Source: Alphaproteobacteria bacterium
GTDB taxonomy: Bacteria > Pseudomonadota > Alphaproteobacteria > MPNO01 > UBA830
Length of the DNA stretch: 64,000 nt
Direction: 5' to 3'
Assembly: GCA_965243135.1 (NCBI GenBank)
Contig: OZ251539.1
Span: 5,376,001-5,440,000, forward strand
In this document: piece after piece, positions 1-10,371 of the stretch
Layout: each line of letters opens with the position of its first letter
Numbering within the stretch: the stretch's first letter is position 1
Position numbers and translations under genes: made by a program
The notes under the pieces: model-generated
What the model saw: the letters and a program-made list of their open reading frames with translations, nothing else
What the model was told of the DNA's origin: nothing
The model's database searches: none

Positions 1-389
1 AGCGCGTCCTCCAGCACCGCCTGTCGATCCTCGGTCCGCGAATGGATCTCGAAGTCCGGCTTGATTCCCAGATGCACGCCGTGCTGGCGGAGGACTTGCG
101 CGCAAAACGCATGGAAGGTTCCGATGTCGGCGCGCCCTTCGAGATCGGGGACGAGGGCAGCCACGCGGGTCGCTATCTCGTTCGCCGCCTTGTTGGTGAA
201 CGTCAAGGCGAGAATGCGGAAGCGTCGATCCCGGGATGAATCGAGGAGGCGAGCGATTCGGCAGGTAATCACCCGTGTCTTGCCTGAGCCGGGTCCGGCC
301 AAAACGAGCAAGGCGCCGTCATTCCAATCGACCGCTTGACGCTGAGTGTCGGTCAGTTCCCGAAGGAGCGCTTCAAGTGAATTGTCCAT
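1..389 (-). CDS. UvrD/Rep/PcrA-family SF1 helicase, N-terminal part (runs off window edge)
   Basis: Manual translation from ATG at 389 gives MDNSLEALLRELTDTQRQAVDWNDGALLVLAGPGSGKTRVIT...ILALTFTNKAANE...IGTFHAFCAQVLR, i.e. Q motif, Walker A, and motifs Ia and Ib. Absent from the ORF track because there is no stop in the window. Confidence 0.92.
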   Translation of the reverse strand, partial: MDNSLEALLRELTDTQRQAVDWNDGALLVLAGPGSGKTRVITCRIARLLDSSRDRRFRILALTFTNKAANEIATRVAALVPDLEGRADIGTFHAFCAQVLRQHGVHLGIKPDFEIHSRTEDRQAVLEDA

Positions 390-676
390 CACGTCAACCC
401 AGGTAACTGCTCGATTGCCGCCTGGAAATCCGCCAGCGCGCGGTCTACCAAATTGCGGCCGGTGCGAAGACGGGCGTCCAGCGCTGCGGCATAGTCGGTT
501 TTGTCGTTGTGTCTTGCCAAAGCTTCGTTGAATCGACTCGAAATTCCAGCTCTTGGGGACGGTCCAGAAGCGGCCGAACCGTAAACGCCCCTTTCCTTCG
601 CGAGCGCCAAGATAACCCGTGTACCCGTGATCTCGAGTCCTGCCGCATTGGCGTGCGTTACGGTCATCCAACGCAA
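389..676 (-). CDS. hypothetical protein or 3' remnant of a gene translationally coupled to the helicase
   Basis: Stop overlaps the helicase start (TGATG); no recognisable motif. Confidence 0.35.
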   Translation of the reverse strand: MRWMTVTHANAAGLEITGTRVILALAKERGVYGSAASGPSPRAGISSRFNEALARHNDKTDYAAALDARLRTGRNLVDRALADFQAAIEQLPGLT

Positions 677-789
677 GCAGACGATCCGGCGTCCCGAGAT
701 CTAAAACCTCTTTTTCCCCGTCGCCCAAGCTCGTAACGAGAGGCAGCGGCGTACGATCCCGAACAGGACGCACCCTTCCGACAACTCCG

Positions 790-900
790 GCAAGCGGACG
801 TCATGTCTTCCGCCTTCGGCCAATTCCGCCGCCACGGCCGGCGGCGTCTGCGCCGAACGGAGTTGGCAGGAAGCAAGTCTATTGCGACGGGGACGCGTGA
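790..900 (-). pseudogene. possible DUF3368 (PIN-like) toxin remnant
   Basis: PPAVAAELAEGGRHDVRLP resembles DUF3368 proteins and lies directly downstream of a UPF0175 gene, its usual partner. Confidence 0.35.
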
Positions 901-1157
901 CGTCGCGCACTGGCCACGTCGCCCTGGAGTTCATTTTCCGACATATCGAACGTATCGATGCCGTAGGTCGCCAACTTGGTCAAGAACAGCGGTTTGGGCA
1001 AGTTCGCCAACTCGGCCGCCGCGCCAGTGGACAACCTTCCCATCTCACAGAGCTTGACCGCGATGAGAGTCCTGGCCTCCTCGCTGAATTCATCCGGGGT
1101 CATGCCCAAGGCCAGCAAGACTTCATCGCCGTAGTCGATGGTCAATGATCTCGTCAT
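879..1157 (-). CDS. UPF0175 family antitoxin-like HTH protein
   Basis: AVKLCEMGRLSTGAAAELANLPKPLFLTKLATYGI is the typical UPF0175 pattern. Confidence 0.8.
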   Translation of the reverse strand: MTRSLTIDYGDEVLLALGMTPDEFSEEARTLIAVKLCEMGRLSTGAAAELANLPKPLFLTKLATYGIDTFDMSENELQGDVASARRHASPSQ

Positions 1158-1254
1158 TCGCACTGGTCCTTCCACGGTCCGGTCAGGGCGTTGCGGCAGA
1201 GCCCGGTCGGCCCGGCCACGACGGCCCTGATGCCCTCGGGGAGGGGCTTGGCGA

Positions 1255-1520
1255 ACCGGCCCCTCTTCTCGCGTTTGTAGTCTCGCTTGAAGAGCGCAGT
1301 TCGCCTAATCGTCCGCCTCAACTCGTCCATGCCGACCAATTCACCGCGTCGGGCGGCTTTCATGGCTTCGATCGTCTCGTCGTTGGGCACCATGGGTTCG
1401 AACGGTAGCCGTCTCTCGGCGGCGATTCGCACCATCAAAGGCGTCGGATACCGTGAACGCACTCAGCACGGCGGTGGCGTGTTCCTTGGTCTTCTCGTCG
1501 AGGCGTGCGCCAACGATAGC
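1255..1520 (-). pseudogene. decayed dinJ/relB-yafQ toxin-antitoxin pair
   Basis: DinJ N-terminus (VGARLDEKTKEHATAVLSAFTVSDAF) and C-terminus (RIAAERRLPFEPMVPNDETIEAMKAARRGEL) are in different frames. The latter is fused to a YafQ-like start (RTIRRTALFKRDYKREKRG). Confidence 0.7.
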
Positions 1521-1815
1521 GATCAGCCCCTTCACGATCCAAGCTACATTGTAGCCCGGATCGCGAACCTTGAGTTCACACCGTCGGCGACGGAGCGCCA
1601 GCTGCGGACTGATACATCCTCCGAGGTCCGCCCGACGGGGCGTAGGCCCTTCATGCAGCGATCCTCTCGGACCGAACGTCCTTGCGCATCTTCCGGCGTC
1701 GACTCGCCTCCGGAGACCACGGCCGCGACAAGAGAACGCGCACTGCACGCGGACTGCGCACCCGGCGCGGCGCAGAGGTGATAGACTGCCCCGTCAATCT
1801 GGAACGGAGAACGAC

Positions 1816-3507
1816 ATGAACGACCCGGCCCCCTCGGTCCACCCGGAACTCGCGCGTCACCAGCAGGCCATGACGCCCCGCGTCTATACGTTGCGGGATC
1901 GCATCCACTCCGCGTTCGGATACGCGATCGTCAACTGCACCCTCGTCGAAGGGGAGGACGCCTGCATTCTGGTCGACACCATGACCGGCATGGACAACGC
2001 CGAGGTCGTGGCGGCCGAATTCCGGAAGATCACCGACAAGCCGATAAAGACGGTGATCTACACGCATTTCCATGCGGACCACGTCAGCGGGGCCGAGGCC
2101 TTCGTCTCCAGATCGGACGTCGAGTCGGGCGCGGTCGAGGTCGTCGGCCAAAAGGGCCTCGTCGACAACATCGCGCGGGACGTGGGATTGATCGCGCCCA
2201 TTCTCGGGCGCCGCGCCATGTATCAGTTCGGGATGAGGCTGCCGCTCGGCGACGAGGGCACGGTCGGCGCCGGGCTGGGGCCGCCGCAGCGCCCCGGAAG
2301 GCGCTCGTTCGTCGCGCCGACCAGGACGTTCGAGACTTCGTTGCGGGGCGAAACCGGCGGCGTCCGCTACGAAATCCATCTCATTCCGTCCGAGACGGAG
2401 GACCAGTGCGCCGTATGGCTGCCCGACGAGCGGGTGCTGCTCTCCGCCGACGCGGTTTACGAATCCTTTCCCAACGTCTACGCCCTGCGCGGCACGCGTT
2501 TCCGGAATCCCATGGTCTGGGCCGAGGGAATCGACCGGCTGCGGACGTTCGGCGCCGAAATCCTGATTCCGCATCATGGACGTCCGGTCGAGGGCGCGGA
2601 GCGGATCGACGAACTGCTGGTCGACTACCGGGACGCGATCCAGTTCGTCCACGACCAGACTCTTCGCTACATGAACAAGGGCTATGCGCCGGACGAGATC
2701 GCCGAGATCGTGGTCATGCCCGAACGGCTCCGGGATCATCCCTGGCTGGGCGAGTTCTACGGTTCGTACAAGCACGCCGTTCCGGCGATTTACGCGGGCT
2801 ATCTCGGGTGGTTCCAGGGCGACCCCGTGACGCTCGATCCGACGCCCCGGAACGACCGCGCCGACCGCTACGTAACCTTGATGGGCGGCCGGGACCGGCT
2901 GCTGGGCGAAGCGCAAGACGCCGTGGAGAAGGGGGACGTCCAGTGGGCGGCCGAACTCCTGACCTTGCTGGTGCGCGCCGACGGCGGGGATTCCGAGGCG
3001 CGCGCCCTGAAGGCCCGCGCCCTGCGCCAATGGGCCTACGGGCAGAAGAACGCGACGTGGCGCAACTGGGGCCTGACGGCGGCGCTCGAACTCGAGGGGA
3101 AACTGGACATGGCGGCGGGCGGCATGGTTTTGGGATCGCCCGAGCAGGTGCGCGGTTTTCCCATGGCCGTGATCATGCGCGTCATGACCGTGCGTCTCGT
3201 CGCGGAAGCCTGCCGGGACTCCAACCTGACGGTTGCGTTCACGGCCACCGATTCGGGCGAGTCCTGCGCTCTCGAAATCCGCCGGGGCGTCTGCCAGTTC
3301 CATGATTCGCCGCCCGCCCGGCGCGACGCCGGGTTGCGCTTCGAGCGCTCCTTTTTGCTCCAGTGGGTGTTCGGCCGGACGACGTTCGAGGACGCGCTCG
3401 CGTCCGGCGCCGTGACGGTCGACGGCGAGGTCGGGACGGTCACGGAGTTTCTCGGGAAATTCGAGCCGTTCAACCAGGTCGGCGACGTCAGGATCGCGGC
3501 GCGTTGA
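1816..3507 (+). CDS. alkyl/aryl sulfatase (SdsA1/YjcS-like; MBL fold + dimerisation + SCP2-like domain)
   Basis: THFHADHVSG metal motif, PSETEDQ, PNVYALRGT, C-terminal SCP2-like region; GGAGA RBS before ATG 1816. Confidence 0.9.
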   Translation: MNDPAPSVHPELARHQQAMTPRVYTLRDRIHSAFGYAIVNCTLVEGEDACILVDTMTGMDNAEVVAAEFRKITDKPIKTVIYTHFHADHVSGAEAFVSRSDVESGAVEVVGQKGLVDNIARDVGLIAPILGRRAMYQFGMRLPLGDEGTVGAGLGPPQRPGRRSFVAPTRTFETSLRGETGGVRYEIHLIPSETEDQCAVWLPDERVLLSADAVYESFPNVYALRGTRFRNPMVWAEGIDRLRTFGAEILIPHHGRPVEGAERIDELLVDYRDAIQFVHDQTLRYMNKGYAPDEIAEIVVMPERLRDHPWLGEFYGSYKHAVPAIYAGYLGWFQGDPVTLDPTPRNDRADRYVTLMGGRDRLLGEAQDAVEKGDVQWAAELLTLLVRADGGDSEARALKARALRQWAYGQKNATWRNWGLTAALELEGKLDMAAGGMVLGSPEQVRGFPMAVIMRVMTVRLVAEACRDSNLTVAFTATDSGESCALEIRRGVCQFHDSPPARRDAGLRFERSFLLQWVFGRTTFEDALASGAVTVDGEVGTVTEFLGKFEPFNQVGDVRIAAR

Positions 3508-3638
3508 ACGCTGTCCGACGCGGGCGGACGACGCCCGTTCTGTTTTCCGGGCGCTTCGGGCGGTATACGTTGCCCCGCCGGCCGAGGCCGCGCGGCCGCT
3601 TTCCGTCGGTCGCCTGAGGACCGGGAAGGGAGACGGCC

Positions 3639-4673
3639 ATGGAATCGATCAACGTCGGCGTTATCGGAGCGGGCTGGTGCGGCGGCATCCGGGCGGAGAG
3701 CGGCGCCGCGCATCCGCTGGTGGACCGGCTGCACATCGCGGAAATCAGGCCGGACAGGCTGGCCGAGATCGCGGACAAGACTTCGGCCGCCTCCGCCGTC
3801 GAGGATTACGCCCGGCTGCTGGAGAACGACGACATTCACGCCTTCATGATTTCGGCGACGCCGGAGAGCACGCACTACCCGATCGCGAAGGCCTGTCTCG
3901 AGGCCGGCCGCCACGTCCTCCTCGAAAAACCAATCGCGCTCACCCTCGAGGAAGCGGACGAGCTCATCGCCCTCGCGCGCGACGGGAACCTCAAGTTCAC
4001 CATCGGCTATTCGCAGCGTTTCAACCACAAGTTCGCCTACGTCAAGCAATGCCTGGAAGACGGTACGATCGGCAAGCCGGTCAGCGCGCTCGTCAGCCGC
4101 AACGTCACGCGCAGCCTCGGCAACAAGATCACGGGGCGGACCCGCCTGTCGCCGGCGGCGATGGAGTCGACCCACGACCTCGACTTCGTTCTGTGGTGCC
4201 TCGAGCCGGCGCGCCCGGCGCGGGTCTATTCGCAGCTCGCCTACGGAGCGATGAAGGAAGTCAACGGCGCTCCCGACATACAATGGATAATGGTGACGAT
4301 GGACAACGGAGCGGTCGTCACCGTCGGCGGCGGATGGAGCCTGCCTCCCGCCGCGCCGAATCATTCGCAGACCTGGATCGAGATCCTCGGGACCGAAGGC
4401 GCCCTCGTCGTCGACGACACGCACCGCGACGTCACCCTCTCGAGGATGGGGCAAGGCGCCGTCAACCCGATGTCTTCGATGCCGGGAGAGCAGGTGGGGC
4501 ACGTCTTCGCCGGCGCGATGGCGGGCGAGACGCGGCATTTCATCGAGGCGGTGGCGCTGGACCGGCCGGTCATGGCGACGCCGGAACAGGCGCGGCGCGT
4601 GATGGAGGTCTATATCGCGGCCGATCTTTCGGCCGACCGCGGCGACCCCGTGACCCTGCCGCAGAACCGGTAG
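3639..4673 (+). CDS. Gfo/Idh/MocA family oxidoreductase
   Basis: VGVIGAGWCG Rossmann motif, HVLLEKPIA, GYSQRF, HDLD. Confidence 0.92.
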   Translation: MESINVGVIGAGWCGGIRAESGAAHPLVDRLHIAEIRPDRLAEIADKTSAASAVEDYARLLENDDIHAFMISATPESTHYPIAKACLEAGRHVLLEKPIALTLEEADELIALARDGNLKFTIGYSQRFNHKFAYVKQCLEDGTIGKPVSALVSRNVTRSLGNKITGRTRLSPAAMESTHDLDFVLWCLEPARPARVYSQLAYGAMKEVNGAPDIQWIMVTMDNGAVVTVGGGWSLPPAAPNHSQTWIEILGTEGALVVDDTHRDVTLSRMGQGAVNPMSSMPGEQVGHVFAGAMAGETRHFIEAVALDRPVMATPEQARRVMEVYIAADLSADRGDPVTLPQNR

Positions 4674-4674
4674 C

Positions 4675-5586
4675 ATGATCCGCTTCGGCGGCTATCAGCC
4701 CCCGGAATCCGTTCACAGCCGGGCGGCGGCGGCCTTCGGCGACGCGGTTCGCAGCCGGCTTGGCGACGCGCTGCCGTTCGACCTCGAAGGCAACGTCATG
4801 GATGCCGACCGCAACGCGGCCGACCTTCTCGGCATGGTCGAGAGCGGCGAGAAGACCATGTGCTATTTCTCGTCGAGCTATCTCGCCGGGCGGGTTCCGG
4901 AGTTCGCGCTTCTCGACCTTCCGTTCGTCGTCGACGACCGCGCCGCGGCGTACGCCGCGCTCGACGGAGCGCTCGGCTCGCTGCTTGCCGAACGGCTTGA
5001 AAGGTCCTCCTCGTACCGCCTGCTGGGTTTCTGGGACAACGGCTTCCGCCATTTGTCGAACCGCGTTCGGCCGCTGCGCACGCCCGAGGACTGCGCTGGC
5101 CTGGTCATCCGGACGCTGTTCAGCGATCTGCATCGAGATACGTTCCGGCATCTGGGTTTCCGTCCTCGGGCGCTCGACGTGAAGGATTTGCTCGAAGCGG
5201 TCCGTGGCGGGACGGTCGACGCGCAGGACAATTCCCTGACCAACATCTGGAATTTCCGCATTTGCGATCACCATCCCCACGTCACGCTGACCGGACATTT
5301 TTTCGGCGCGGCCGCAGTGCTGTGCCATGCGCCGAGTTTCGAGATCTGGTCCGGGGAAGCGCGCGCGGCCGTCGTCGACTGCGTTCGCGAAGCGACGGAG
5401 TTGCAGCGCCGGCTCGCCGCAGCGGAGGACCGCGACGCCCGCGCGAAGCTCGAGCGCGCCGGCGCGAGGATCGTCGAGCCGTCCCGGGAAGAGCGCCGCG
5501 CTTTCATGGATGCGGTTCGCCCGGTGATCGAAACTCAGCGAGAGCGGTTCGGCGAGGAGTTGTTCGCGTGGGGGAGCGCTTTCTGA
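4675..5586 (+). CDS. dctP: TRAP transporter substrate-binding protein (DctP family)
   Basis: LLDLPF, FWDNGFRHL, PLRTPEDCAGLVIR, GTVDAQDN; no obvious signal peptide. Confidence 0.85.
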   Translation: MIRFGGYQPPESVHSRAAAAFGDAVRSRLGDALPFDLEGNVMDADRNAADLLGMVESGEKTMCYFSSSYLAGRVPEFALLDLPFVVDDRAAAYAALDGALGSLLAERLERSSSYRLLGFWDNGFRHLSNRVRPLRTPEDCAGLVIRTLFSDLHRDTFRHLGFRPRALDVKDLLEAVRGGTVDAQDNSLTNIWNFRICDHHPHVTLTGHFFGAAAVLCHAPSFEIWSGEARAAVVDCVREATELQRRLAAAEDRDARAKLERAGARIVEPSREERRAFMDAVRPVIETQRERFGEELFAWGSAF

Positions 5587-5800
5587 GGCGCCGGTCTGAC
5601 CCTGGACGCGTTTCCGAATTCCTGCGATGAGTTGCCGGAAGGGTCGCGACAGGGCGGCTTGCCGCGCGCCGTTCGCGCGGCAATGGCCGCTCAGGGACGC
5701 CGTCGACTTCTGCCGGCTGCAAGAACCGGAACGCGGACCGGCCGGCGGTTTCGGATACCGGCGCCGACAGAGCGAGAAGGGCGAGGAAGTGGATGGCGTC

Positions 5801-6049
5801 ATGCTTGGTATCACTCTTGAATCGACCGCCAACGACAAGCCGGCGAAGGAGGAAGCGCTCGTCGACAAGCCGGAGAACGGCGCGGTCGCGGAAACGCTTG
5901 CGTTCGAGGCTGCGTGCGATGCCTACGCCGAAAGATGCGGTCATCTCTACGTGACCGGGTTCGCCGTCCAGCCAGATGGTCGGCGCCAGATCGAGAATTG
6001 CGAACGGATGGTCGTCAAGCCTCTGTCGGAGCGGGAGGCCGGGAGGTGA
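5801..6049 (+). pseudogene. possible internal fragment of an adenine DNA methyltransferase (type III Mod-like)
   Basis: PENGAVAETLAFEAA...HLYVTGFAVQPDGRRQIENCE recalls the C-terminal region of Mod-like MTases (from memory). Its stop overlaps the ATPase GTG. Confidence 0.35.
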
Positions 6050-7552
6050 TCCATACGATCCGCATCCGCGGCTTCAAGCGCTTTCGGGACGTAGAGTTCC
6101 GTCTGCCCGGCCATGTCGTGTTGACCGGCCCCAACGATGCCGGCAAGACGACGGTGCTCCAGGCGGTCGCGTCGTGGGCGTTGGCTCTCCGGCGGTGGCG
6201 CGAACTCAACGATTTCAACAAGCGCCGGGGATATGTCCGCGCTCCGATCACCCGGCAGGCGTTCACGGCGGTGCCGCTGCGGAACTTCGACCTGCTCTGG
6301 ACGGATCGAAGGTACCGGAAGCGGATCGAGATCGAGATCCGGCATGCTGACGGCTGGGCGGTGACGATGGAGTTCATCCCCGACAGCACCGAGCACATCT
6401 ACGTCCGGCCCACGGCCGACGCCCCGGCGGATATGCTGAGGGATCTCGATTTTCGAACGGTGTTCGTGCCGCCGATGACCGGGCTGGCGGTCGACGAGCC
6501 GCTCTTCCATACGCCGAAGATCGAGCATCTCCTGGGTCAGGGCCGGCCCGGCGAGGTCTTGCGCAACCTGCTCGCGGAAGCGAAACTTGACGAAGCGGCG
6601 TGGGAGCGAACTCGGGCATCCATCGAGAAGCTGTTCGGTTACGAAATTCTGCCTCCCGATGCCTACGGGGCGCATATCCTCGCGGAATACCGGAAGGCGG
6701 GCGCAACGGGTCCTCGTTTCGACGTCGCCGGCGCAGGCAGCGGGTTTCAGCAAGTGTCCATGCTGTTCGCGTTTCTCAACACGCGACCGGGCTCGGTGCT
6801 GCTTCTGGACGAGCCGGACGCGCATCTGAACGTCGTTCTGCAGGGCGCCGTCTATCACGAACTGCGGACGGCGGCCGCCCTGCAGCGGTCGCAACTCATC
6901 GTCGCGACGAATTCCGAGGCGGTCATAGACGCGGCGGACCCTCGCGAGATCTACGTCGTGCTCGACGAGCCGCGAAGAATCGCCGACGACGCCGAGAGAA
7001 GCCGCCTCGTTTCCTCGCGTCGCGGGTTGAGCAACACGGACGCGATGCGGGCATTGGCAGTTCGCGGCGTTCTTTACGTGAAGGATTGCACCGACATCGG
7101 CATCCTGCGCGCCTGGGCCGCCGCGCTCGGCCATCGGGGCGACAGGTTGTTGACGATCGAGGCGATGTGGGCGCAGGCGGACTTCCAGGGCCGGGAGGGC
7201 GGTTCCGGAGTCGGGGCTCGGGAGCATTTCGAGGCGCTGCGGCTTGTGCGCGACGATCTTCCCGGCCTCGAGCTCGTCGACGGCGACTCGCGCCTCGATA
7301 TTCCGGGCGGCGCATGCGCAGGCTTGCAACGGCTTCGCTGGCGGCGCTACGAGATCGAGAGCTATCTGCTCCATCCCGACGCCCTCGCGCGTTTCGCGGA
7401 GGCGGAGGTCGGCTCGGATGCCGCCGGTCCGCGCATCGAAGACATGAGGGCCTGTTGGGAGGACGAATTCCCTCCGGCCGTGGCGCGGGATCCGCTGACG
7501 GACCATGAGTACCTCAACGTTACCGAGGCCCGAACGCGGCTCCTGCCTCGGT

Positions 7553-9932
7553 CTGCCCTGTCATCACAAATCCCCTTCTGGACTGAGCAGGGGATGCGAC
7601 CGTCCCGATTTCTTGATTTCCGCCAGATCCTCGTATGCCTGACAATAGCCGGAGAGATAGGAGTAACCCTGCCAGATTTTGGCCGGGCGGCGGGTCGTGC
7701 TTGCGGTTGCGGTAGCCGGCCATGATGGCGACGATCAGCACCGCCGCTTTGAGCGTCCTCGGCTTCGGCGTTCTCGGCAGTTTCGTCGCGTAGTCTGACG
7801 AGCAGTTCCATGTCCGAGAACATGAGCTCGGCGGGGACGTCCGGCGTCTCGCGCGCCAGCAGCGCCATCAGCATGACGCGCCATGCGATGACTGCGTTGA
7901 TCGCAATCACGCGTTCGAGGCGCGCTGCGGTGCGGTGGCCCGTTTCTTCGACCTTGCACCCGGACTTCAGCGTGCGATGCCAGTCTTCGATGCGCCACCT
8001 CAGGGCGTACCAACCCACGACCCGCATGGCGTCTTCGACGGACGAAACGGCGACCGTGGTGAGCAGGAACCATTCGACCGGTTTGGCCCCTTCCGGCGGC
8101 TTCGGCTCGCTGATGTGAACGACCTGAACGGGAAGCGGCGCGGTTCCGCCCGACGTCGGCGGCAGGGAGACGGTCCGATAGCGGATCTCCATATCGGCGA
8201 CGCGTTCCTTGCGCCCGTTCGTCGCCTTGCGTTTGCTGATCTTGGGCCGCTGGCTCAGGCGCGAGACCGTAAGTTTCCGGTGCCCTTGAACCGGCGCGGC
8301 GCGGACGCTGTCGAACAGCTTCTCCGTTTTCGACAACTTCCGGCTATGCTTGGCGCGCACCAGAATGTCGATATTGCCGAGACGCCGCTGCTCGGCGAAC
8401 ATTTCGAAGAAGTCCGCTTCCCGGTCCATCACGCTGACCAGTTGCGTACCTTCGAGCCGCCGGGCCGCCTCGGCGCATTCGCGCAGCCCTCGCAGCCACC
8501 GCGCCGACTTGCGTTCTTCCGGCAGCTTGTCCTTGCCCGGCCGAGGCGCGTCGAACTCGAGCTTCAGCAGACCCAGCGGCAGGCCGGCATCGTCCACCGC
8601 CATCGTCGTGTGCAGATGAAGCCCGGCGGTCTTGGCGCTGTATGCCCAATTACGCCCAGATCGTCGCACTGCGCACGCGTGGCGAAGTTCAGGTCGGTGC
8701 CGTCCTGAAGGCACAGAACCGTATTCCGGGTCCGCATTCGCCCGAGCGTGCGCTCCTTGTGCGGCGTCAGAATGTTTTCCGGCGTGACCGCCCCCGGCTC
8801 GTCTCGCGGACGGCAGGCGGTAAAACCCCGTCACTGCCGCCATGTTCCCGCCCGCCGCCACCGAGAAGGGAGCGCGCGGCTCCTCCGCCTGGACATGGGC
8901 GCTGTCGACCAGGCGCTTCGCCAGACGCTTGTCTCCCAACGGCGCACCTCCAAACTCATTCTCGGCCCAGCACTCGCGCGACAACCCCTCGCCGACCGGC
9001 ACCGGGAGGGCCGGCCGGACGCTTAGCGCCGCCCGGCAACCCGGTTCGAGCTCGTACATGTATATCTCTTTCACGGACTCGGCCGCCAGCCCTTTCCGGT
9101 CCTGCCGGCCGCGTCCGCGAGTTGCGCCCACATGAATCCAGTTCGCCGCACGGAGCGAGATGCCCGAGTGATGCGTCGGGTCGACAAAAGTCTCCACCAA
9201 CCAGGGGCGGTGGCCGTAGCGTTCCTCGAAGTCCTGCGCCATCGTCGTCAGCGACATGCTCAACACTTGAGACGCGAGATTGTGGCATTCGACGCCGGGC
9301 AGGAAACGCGACATGCACGCGACCCGGTGCAAATAAGCGCGCCTCCTGTCGTCATCCCAGCCAGTTGTCGCGCGCCGCCAGGCGCCGCGCCGAGGCTGCG
9401 AACCCCACCGCGCCGAGCCAGCCATGGGACGAATCCACGAGATAACGGCACTGAGGGCCGACCAACACCGCCTTGCCGAGCGGATGTTCCGTGATCATCA
9501 ATTCGTTCCAGATCGCACTCTGTGCGGGGTTCCGCACCGGAACCAACTGCAACCCCTCGACGAGATCGACGCGCTCGGGAACGTCCGTCGCGGGCGGCAC
9601 CGGTTCCGGGCTGCGGCGCACCCGGCGGCCTCCGCCTCCTCTCGATGTCGGCAGAGCAATCCGCCCATCCGTTGCGAGAGCGCCAAGGGCCGCGTTGCAA
9701 CTGCTGATCTGTGGACGTCCGAAGGCATCCAAAAAACCGAACTCGCGGCATACCCTGCGGCTGAGTTCGGCTCGCGAAAGTTGCGGTTCGGCGGACAATA
9801 ATCCGCCGACCCGCTGCAATGCCTCAGGCGTGCTCAGGCGTTGCTTGACAAGATTCTGCGTATCCATGGCGTCTTGGTGAATACGCGAATCGATTGTCCC
9901 TGTCCAGAGCCTGATTTATGATTGCAGGGCAG
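7553..9932 (-). mobile_element. IS4-family (IS50/Tn5-like) insertion sequence with DUF4338 fused to the transposase
   Basis: Imperfect TIRs CTGCCCTGtcATCAcAAATC / CTGCCCTGcaATCAtAAATC; 8-bp TSD GCCTCGGT at 7545-7552 and 9933-9940. Confidence 0.92.
7570..9867 (-). pseudogene. DUF4338-IS4 transposase fusion, frameshifted
   Basis: DUF4338 motifs WNELMITEHPLG and ETFVD...RAANWIHVGATRGRGR; Tn5-like WAENEFGGAPLGDKRL, VMDREAD, YALRWRIEDWHRTLKSGCKVE. Confidence 0.85.
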
Positions 9933-10371
9933 GCCTCGGTTGCTGGCGGCGGCCGGGCTGCGCGGGCTTCCTCCTACCCGCTATTGCGAGATCGCCGCGC
10001 GGATGCTCCCCGAAGAAGTTCACCCCGAGGTCACCGAGAAGCTCGACGGCATTTGCCGCGCCTTCGGAGTCGACCCGTAATCTCGCGCGAGGCCCCGAGC
10101 CCGCCGGTCGAGGAGCTTGGGGAGCGTTGACGCATCAAGTGCGCGAACCATCGGGTCATGGCTTATAAACCGCCCTAACGCGACGATCCGCAACCAGCTG
10201 ATTTGCCGAATAACTTGACATCCCCCGCCGCTATCTCCAGAATGCGGGAAAACTGGGCGGAACCTTGGCGTCGAAGAAGCGACGGAACGACGCGGGATCG
10301 TTCCCGTTCGGCGGGACGAGAAATTGCCTGCATAACGAGGCGGACCAACGCGTTCGCCGGGGAGGAACAAT

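Larger units (their letters stand above)
6046..10080 (+). pseudogene. ABC-type (AAA_15/AAA_21, OLD-like) ATPase with degenerate TOPRIM-like region, interrupted by an IS4 element
   Basis: GPNDAGKTT, GSGFQQ signature, LLLDEPDAHL. Joining 6046-7552 to 9941-10080 restores a 548-aa frame ending RLLPRLLAAAG...GICRAFGVDP*. Confidence 0.85.

Noticed and set aside
1651-4676. Long antisense and off-frame ORFs here and throughout (e.g. 10203-12161, 15540-17429, 22901-25201, 38707-40788)
   Set aside because: Shadow ORFs expected at high GC; they overlap well-supported genes and lack motifs.
5914-7725. 603-aa ATPase as an intact gene
   Set aside because: The likely start is GTG 6046 and the C-terminal ~57 aa are read-through into the IS.
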